Origin: Perkinsus chesapeaki ATCC PRA-425
Taxonomy: Eukaryota > Protista > Perkinsozoa
Length of the DNA: 40,119 nt
Direction: 5' to 3'
NCBI GenBank assembly: GCA_013115145.1
Contig: JAAPAO010000318.1
Coordinates: forward strand, 1 to 40,119
The position numbers and the translations under genes were made by a program. Below are positions 33,265-40,119 of the stretch, piece by piece. Position 1 is the first letter of the stretch; each line of letters begins with the position of its first letter. The notes under the pieces were generated by a model. The model worked only from the letters and a program-made list of their open reading frames with translations, was not told where the DNA came from and ran no database searches.

Positions 33265-34241
33265 TGGCCTCGCGTACCCGGAGAAAGTGCTATCGGTAAA
33301 TAGTATTTACTAAATACTAGATTACCAAATTTTTCTTGACAACCACAATACCTTAACATTGTCTCTGTATTAAACTTGTGTTGTGTTCTTACTCAATTTG
33401 TGCGTGTGGGTCCCCGGTCATCACGCGAGGGTCGGCCTAAGTGGCGAGCAGTGCCAAGGACTATAGAGCGGATCTCAACGCATATCAAGGACTCGCATAA
33501 TAGCGTTGGTGATACTGGGACGACTTCTCCAGCACGTAACAACACCCACATTTCGAGAATCTCGTGCGCTATCTTTCTCGGGTAACTATACGCGCAGTTG
33601 TTGGGTGCTACCCAGTGGGTAGGTTCATCAGTGCCAAATCGGTCAGCCTTACCAGAATGTGTCAGGTTACGTGGACTAGATTCATTCGGCGTTCGTTACG
33701 CAGCATATCTCCGCCCGTACATGAAAGCCGGCAGTCATACTTCAGACTCTGAAGTTCAGAGTAGTTTATAGCGTTTTTAGATTATAGTAAGTCATGCCGA
33801 TCATAGGCTTGAGTTATTGCGGCGACGTTACTATTAAGCAACAGAAAGGAAGTCTCTGGTAAGAGTCGGCGCAGCTCCTACTGGGAACCTCCTGGCGCCT
33901 TTTGGGCCCCCCGCCCACAGCGAAAGCCTTTCGCCGAAAGGCCCGGTACCCCGAGTATGTTGACCGGGGCTAACACGCTCCAACACGAAACGGCTGCTAC
34001 CATCGAGTGGCAGCCACCCTCAAGATTCCCAGCCTCTCCAATCTTTATCGTTATACATTTAGGTCACTCTACATCGCTCTGCGGTGGCGAAATGGTCTCT
34101 GCTTCTGCGGAACACCAACGTGGTGGGCACTGCGGCACAAATCTTGATAGCGAGTCTCTGGTCTTGATAATCAAGACCAGGGATTCGCATCAATTTTTAC
34201 CGGCCCGATCGTGACATAAAGGGTATTTACAATATATCCCT

Positions 34242-34538
34242 CTATAAACTTTTATCAAACCTGATTAATGGAGCCCCTGTTATAAAAGCTCTAACTAAGA
34301 AGATTGCAAAACGCATAGCTATCGTAGTCTGCTCCAAATTGAAGGGCGGCACTGAGAACACGAAGGCGACTTCGTCCAGATCGATTGCGTAAAATGCGCA
34401 CAAAGTATCTTTTACAGAATGAAAACGTCCTGGAGTACACAGTTTATACATGCCTCGTAGCCTGGACAAATCGTCAACTGGATACTCCAAACATGGGCCT
34501 AGCTTTATTATCAGTCTGTACCACAGACTCTGTGTCAC
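34242..34538 (-). pseudogene. Remnant or fragment of the same family (copy C)
   Basis: Encodes GMYKLCTPGRF..TLC..VFSVPPFNLEQTTIAMRF, sharing FSV, PFN and TIAxR with copies A and B; no convincing start or signal peptide. Confidence 0.35.
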
Positions 34539-34939
34539 AGAGGCCGCGTGCTACTGTCGGATGCTGCATGTCCGTTGACATCAGGCTTGGCCGATTGTCA
34601 CAAGCGGATCCTAGTCGTCAGTGCTTCCAGGCACTGCTACCATCGAGCTGAGATAGTCATATGAACGGTTTACGGTAAACCGAAGCAAAGGCAATCGAAG
34701 CAATTCTTTGCTCTGAGAGAAATATGAGCATGCGTGCTAAGCCTCTCCCGCTTGTTGAGGAGCGTTTAGTGAGCCGCTTAACAGTCGACTCGCAGTCCAC
34801 TGCTTTTATCTTCGTTTCGCGGAGAATATGAGATTAGACTTTACTCAATAGCCGCTATTGAGTAGCGCCATTTTCCACAAGGTTGCTAACTTGGCTGATT
34901 GGCTACTGATTTCAGGTTCACTCTCCCGTTTGGCCCTTA

Positions 34940-35434
34940 ATGATATTGCGCTGCGCCTATATCTTTATTATCACCTGTAATGCGCTCCAGATGATGGCTC
35001 AGATAAGTATCCCTCCTTCTGGCAAGTACTGCGGCTCCTTCGAGATTCGAAGTCGAATCTCGAAAAAGTTTGATGGAATCCGCTTACAGCTGAGTGTCTA
35101 TTTTCATGGGTTAACCAGTACCGTAGACATTTATGGATTGCTCTCGGCCAAGAGTCGCACACCAAAGCCTGTTGTTGAGGTAGGCGTTCCCTACCATTTC
35201 GATTCGGCGACTGGAAGGATCACATTTCCCGATCATGCTAAGATCCGGGAATTCATCAACGATCTGGTACACTCTATCTATGGTGGACTTCTCGATACCG
35301 GATACCGAGCTGTCCCTAACAATCTACGAGCCTCCTCTCAGCGTGGCCTCCTTGACGACCTCTTTTACGATGGTACTGCCTTATATTTACAAGGCTTACG
35401 AGGCTATAATCTGACCGAAGCTCAGTGTGCTTGA
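34940..35434 (+). CDS. Secreted orphan protein (164 aa), intronless
   Basis: Hydrophobic N-terminus MILRCAYIFIITCNALQMMA followed by PSGKYCG, beta-rich core, two Cys (near the mature N-terminus and at the C-terminus). Confidence 0.75.
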   Translation: MILRCAYIFIITCNALQMMAQISIPPSGKYCGSFEIRSRISKKFDGIRLQLSVYFHGLTSTVDIYGLLSAKSRTPKPVVEVGVPYHFDSATGRITFPDHAKIREFINDLVHSIYGGLLDTGYRAVPNNLRASSQRGLLDDLFYDGTALYLQGLRGYNLTEAQCA

Positions 35435-35866
35435 TCGAATCAACCTTATTCGCTCGTTGCTGCTTTCTCACATATGATACAAAGAGAGAATAGAATAAGA
35501 TTGCCATCTCGTTCGCCGCGCACTGGTTCCATAGTGGTCATTTCTACATATATGATATTTGTTGCGTTGACTGGAAGTAGTGGGTCACCGGCCGGATAGG
35601 AGTCCTTGTTTCTCCAGGAAATTGATGTGAGCGGGTCAAAATTTTAGACTCCAAAAAGGTCATGTTGTGTGACCCACGCAGCACTTCGCGTCCTATTCGA
35701 CGTCACCGTGGGTTATTGGCATCATACCTACTGAGCCTATTAAACTTCGTTACTCACAATCGAAAGTAATGCGCTTGTCTCTGAACCACTCGTCCATACT
35801 TATCAAGTATTACTTGGCCGTGTGTGCGTCTGAGTGCAAATGTGCGCATGCGATTGGCTCACTCGG

Positions 35867-36260
35867 TTACCCCAAAGTTCGCTGACAGAACCCGCGCACT
35901 CCGGAGAAGAGGACGCCGGCGGAGCGCGCCCACACCGTGCGTGCAAGGAATCTCAAACGGTCTACGGTAGACCCCACAAAGGGGTTGAGTTTCATGTAGA
36001 ACATTGTTGTAGGAAATTTTCCTAAGGAAAATCTTATCCGAGGCCAATTTACAACAAGCGTTAAGAGTCCGTTGTATTGCCCTATAGCTGAGACGTACGT
36101 CCAACAGGGCATGGAGTACGTCTGATGGAAGACATCAACTCTGCGGGCTATTGTTTCTATCGTGGCATTGAACGGTTATGATAGACTTGCATAACGACTC
36201 TGGCGATACTAGCACGAATTACTCGGAACGTACCATTGGTACGGCTGCTGTTGCGGCAGC
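35867..36260 (-). pseudogene. Frameshifted remnant of the same family (copy A)
   Basis: After an in-frame TAA reads PFNATIETIARRVDVFHQTYSMPCW...; upstream ESLC lies in another frame. Confidence 0.4.
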
Positions 36261-37949
36261 AACAGCCATTTTCCACCAGAAGTTCTGGTCCAGAACGATT
36301 CCCGGGCTATACGCGCAGTGGCTGGATGGGTAAACCACCGTGAGTTCATCAGTGTCAAATGAGATCAGTCTTTCCCAAGTGTATGAGATTCCATGGACTA
36401 CATTCATTCGACGCTCAGAGAGTTTCGCGGCGAATCTGTACATCAACGAAGACAAACCGTTATACTTCGTTTTTTTTGAAAACTGGCTGTTTTAACCAGT
36501 TGATCGATTTAGTGCCATGTTTGATATTTCGCGAAAGATCACTCAATATTCAGCGACAAAATCGGAAAATACGAGCTATTCGGTTTTCGTGCGTCGTTGT
36601 TTGTGAGTTACTAGATTACAGTTAGCTATGCCGGGCATAGGCTTGAATTATTGCGGGGAGGTTAGTAGTGGGCAACAGAAAGAAATCTTCTTCTAAGATT
36701 CGGTAGAAGTCCCATTGGAAACCTTCCAATGTCTCCTGCCCTTCACCGACCCACACCGAAGGCCCGCCGGGCCTGCCACGAGTACGGCACGACATTGAGT
36801 ACGTTGGACCGTGGCATGCAACGCCTTCTGCCACCCTCGAGGTCCCTAGTCTTCCAATCTATTGGCGTCGATCTGAAGTGGCAAATAAAGCCACTAGAAA
36901 TGTCATACACACGAGTGCCGCTGACATTGACAATGACTCATTGTCCAGAACATCTTTCAGCTGAGCTGGACCAGCTTGCCGCAGTAAGCCGAGTGGTCGT
37001 AGCACGGTTCGCTTGACACGGTGCAAAACGAATCATGTTCCCCGGTTCCTGGTGTTAATTGAACACTGTAAATCACGCCAGGAGATGGGCTGTGTACAAT
37101 GCGCATATTGCTTGCTCGCACAGATTTGCCCACGGCTCGCCACAGCAAGCGGCACCTTCTGGTCAAAACACCTGCTCCTTCAATTTGAAGGCTTAAAACC
37201 AGATATACCGAGAGGCATCAAACGGCCGTCCATGGCTGCTTTCGTTGTCTGGAGGCTGGACAGATACCGAGGCATCGCCCAAGTTGGGCTCTATGTGAAA
37301 CCTCTGCAGAATGCCGTGGAGCGCGATAAGCTGCCCATCACGAGCATTGTGACGACTTTCCGCCGCGCACAGCACCCAAATCCACATGTCAGAAACCAGG
37401 GATTTCACATCAACGGTTACCGGCCCGGTCGGAAAGTGCTTCGCCTTTAGTGTGTGTAGATTCGCTCGACTTCTCTCATTGTAACGAGTGATGTGCTATT
37501 CAGTCGTATACACACATGTATACAACATCAAGACATCCTTTCACCTGACCTTCGAATGATTCGAAGGCTTCGATGGAGCGCAGGCTCTCTCTATTCTGTT
37601 TTGCGGCGTTGTGTGGCTTTAAACCGATTCTCGGTAGTGAAAACTCGGAGACCTTTCGGAGATATTTTGGTTACTCCTTGGGAACTGAGAGTGATAAAGA
37701 CTAATGTCAACAAACATAGCAAGCACAGCGCCTACCAATACTTGAACTATATAAGATTACGGAGTGCTTTAATCCACACAAGCGCACGGCCTAAGATTAG
37801 CACGGAACAACCGAGCGCTGCGGATTATTGCCGTGAGGGCAGGCTTAGTGAGAAAGGGGCTTTCGTTGACTCCCTTGTCGACTTGGGTCCGATTTGCCCC
37901 TGTTGTTGCATTCATTCCAAGTTTTTGCAGTTGTATCGTTCTCATTAAT

Positions 37950-38129
37950 ATGTACAACATCACCCGTTTGGCCCTCATATTGTGCTCGGTGCTTATTTTG
38001 TACTCTTCGGCCTCCCCGACGATATGCTTTTCTGGTGCCTGCCCGGGCGGGTTCTGCCTTATCGATGATGAGAGCCCAAAGCCTGGTGGCTTATGTTTAG
38101 GCAGTGGGACCCCGTGCACATGTCAATGA
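37950..38129 (+). CDS. Small secreted 6-Cys peptide (59 aa)
   Basis: MYNITRLALILCSVLILYSSA-SPTICFSGACPGGFCLIDDESPKPGGLCLGSGTPCTCQ*; upstream TTTTTGCAG acceptor-like site; a homologous decayed copy at 39067 supports it being real. Confidence 0.7.
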   Translation: MYNITRLALILCSVLILYSSASPTICFSGACPGGFCLIDDESPKPGGLCLGSGTPCTCQ

Positions 38130-39066
38130 CAAGCAGTCGCTAACCTATCTATGAGGCAGTGTCTAAATCTCGACCTTTGTGTCATCCCGTCATGAGAGGT
38201 TTTATACGGTTGTTGAGTATTACAGAATAGACACAATAAGCCTCTGAAGAACTTCTGCTCTCTAACACAACAGCTTCGTCTTTATTTGCGCTGTGTTGCT
38301 TTCATAGTCAATCTACGCCATTCTATACTCAGTGAGTGCATCTTGAGCTCTCTCGTGCTTTCGTCTCATCGACACCTCTATCCCGGTGCCACCGGCTTTG
38401 TATCGAGCCTTCACTACAGGCTGAGTGATGACAATGGGCAGTTTGACGATGGACAGACTACGTCGCGCACCCAATAGACGGAGGCGTGGACGGTAGATGC
38501 CTTGCCATACATTCGGGGTTAGTACATTCAAGAGCCCAAGGCCGCGGCATTATTAATATTTGGCTCGAGCCTATAGAGGTTGGTCTTGCAGAAAATACTG
38601 GTTTGAGAGTATTTCATCACGAGTGACTTTTCCCGGCGGCCGATGATTATTCGGAACATGTCGCATGTGTCGAACCACTTGATGTTCCGAATGTTTCACC
38701 CCAGTTCATGCTACTACCGAAGTTCGAAGTCCTTAAGTCGTGATGTTGGTAAAAGTATAACATTTTTTAGTTTCGGACAATTGAAATCTACAACAGTGTA
38801 GCTTTTAACCATTGAGCCACCTTAGTACGAGCGCGCACCGACAGAGCGCGTAGTATGTAAAAATAAAATATGTCAAGACCTCTCGTGGCACTGCTCATTC
38901 ACATTTATGGACTGCACTCGCCTAGCCTAGGCGACCTAGGTTATTACAGTCTCAGATAAGATTGCTTTTGCGTTTATTGTATTGTTTTCCGATCATCAAC
39001 AGTGGGCCTGTGGCCCATAACCAGTTTCATTAACACGTCCAGCATGACGAGCTTGGTATTTCTGTA

Positions 39067-39171
39067 GCCTCTCCCGGCTTCTCTGTTGGGTGTCCAGGCA
39101 GGTTCTGCCTGTTTGATGGCAACACACCTGGTGGGGTCATGATAATAGGACTATCGGATGTACATTGGTAG
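39067..39171 (+). pseudogene. Decayed paralogue of the 6-Cys peptide
   Basis: ASPGFSVGCPGRFCLFDGNTPGGVMIIG vs ASPTICFSGACPGGFCLIDDESPKPGGLC; four Cys are lost and there is an upstream in-frame stop. Confidence 0.55.
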
Positions 39172-39375
39172 TCAGTCTTTCACTTGTCAATCTCACAATC
39201 GCCTTATGAGGATTTTGTTGCACAAGTATTGTATTCTGTCACAGAATTTCTGCGGCTCTTCAGCGACGTTTGCTGGAACATTTTCTGGAATTAATTTAGC
39301 CTTCTAAACTATCGGCTAAGGTAATCTCTTTGAACACATACCAGTAGAAGAGACCTCTTAAGTAGCATTGCCTAC

Positions 39376-39607
39376 CTCACTAAATCGGCCATCGTACATG
39401 TAGCCTTGAGGGCCTTTAAGAATCCCGTGTCCGCTGGCGAATCCTTGCTCATCCAATGTGCCAGCATACCTGCTATCCTATCATACCCGCAGTTTCTGAA
39501 GATTCCTAGTATTACGTATAACCAAGTTTATTAAACTTGATTTGAACACTATGGCCACTTCGACCGCTGCAACATCGACCGTTCAGCCATTCCCCCTCGA
39601 TTGTAAC
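39376..39607 (-). CDS. Two MORN-repeat-like exons of a partial gene or pseudogene
   Basis: tgtag|VTIEGEWLNG...QIK|gtttaa..atagcag|YAGTLDEQGFASGHGILKGPQGYMYDGRFSE|gtaggc; fits the YxGxW/F..G..xGxG pattern. Flanking exons not resolved. Confidence 0.4.
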
Positions 39608-40119
39608 CTACACAAGGAATGTAGCTGTACTGTCTTGCTGAGAAGCCTCGGTATACGCCGTATACCATACCTCCGTATACCATACGGTGAAAAATAAACA
39701 ATCTACAGCCTTCTCCATCGGTCAGACTATCGAAGTTTGAGAGAGTCGGCCAGAGAATCAGTCAGGGATTCTGGTTGGGATTAGGTGTTGTTGGCAATCA
39801 CCGCTGCCGGATCTCGTCGTAAGCTGTCCAACGAAGGAACACAGTACAATGCTAGAAGGCTTCCGGCAACAGGACGTAGATGCGATATCTCCGTGCGTGA
39901 TGATTTTGGGGTGTACAGTTGATTTATTCCCTTGTCGGATCCCCTGGGTATAGCTGCCGATGGCCGCTATAGGGAGCGCACTTGCAGGAAAGTGGCGAAC
40001 TTGAGCACTTGGATCTGCCACCGATGGTAATTTATCCATCCGAGACGGCCAGGATTCATAGTCCATTGAATGCAATTACCATAAACTTGGATTATGGTCA
40101 AAAAGGGGAGATATAGTGG

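Noticed and set aside
33880-33975. HDV-like ribozyme or riboswitch (GC-rich island with alternative hairpins GCGAAAG/CTTTCGC and GCCTTTC/GAAAGGC at 33920-33942)
   Set aside because: An L3-like CCTCCT and a downstream GCTAA are present, but P2 and P3 pairings of the nested double pseudoknot could not be formed.
36620-37500. SWIM zinc finger / MULE transposase remnant (IYSVQLT..FC..EPC..H) and ORFs 36729-37016, 37013-37450
   Set aside because: Cys/His spacing does not fit SWIM without assuming frameshifts; no DDE domain or terminal repeats seen.
39758-40075. 105-aa minus-strand ORF as a standalone gene
   Set aside because: No recognisable motif; it may be an upstream exon of the MORN-like gene, but no in-frame junction could be supported.

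Overview
Compact, intron-rich eukaryotic DNA. The short (~30-60 nt) GT-AG introns, alveolate-type Tim44, cathepsin B propeptide style and lineage-specific secreted proteins suggest a perkinsid alveolate (Perkinsus-like); this is inference, not a database result. Most ORF-track entries are exon fragments or antisense noise, so I rebuilt genes by hand across GT..AG junctions. In order: a divergent pyruvate-kinase-fold protein lacking the B (lid) domain and catalytic residues; Tim44 with a 41/42-bp intronic minisatellite and two N gaps; a mitochondrial-type J-domain protein; an intronless RsmE; Imp4; two tandem WRKY19-like C3H zinc-finger genes; bystin/Enp1; a secreted protein with four 6-Cys modules; a cathepsin B homologue with catalytic Cys replaced by Phe; a Rad1-like 9-1-1 clamp subunit; a UbiE/MenG-type methyltransferase with an N-terminal hydrophobic leader; BCKDH E1-alpha; and a 4-TM protein. 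An accessory zone follows (~31.5-40 kb) with decayed paralogous remnants, a secreted orphan, a 59-aa 6-Cys secreted peptide plus a decayed copy, and MORN-like exons. The most notable signals are two apparent pseudoenzymes and a cluster of tRNA-derived B-box elements (GGTTCGATCCC) around the two ribosome-biogenesis genes. Exon boundaries are manual; some gene ends are approximate.
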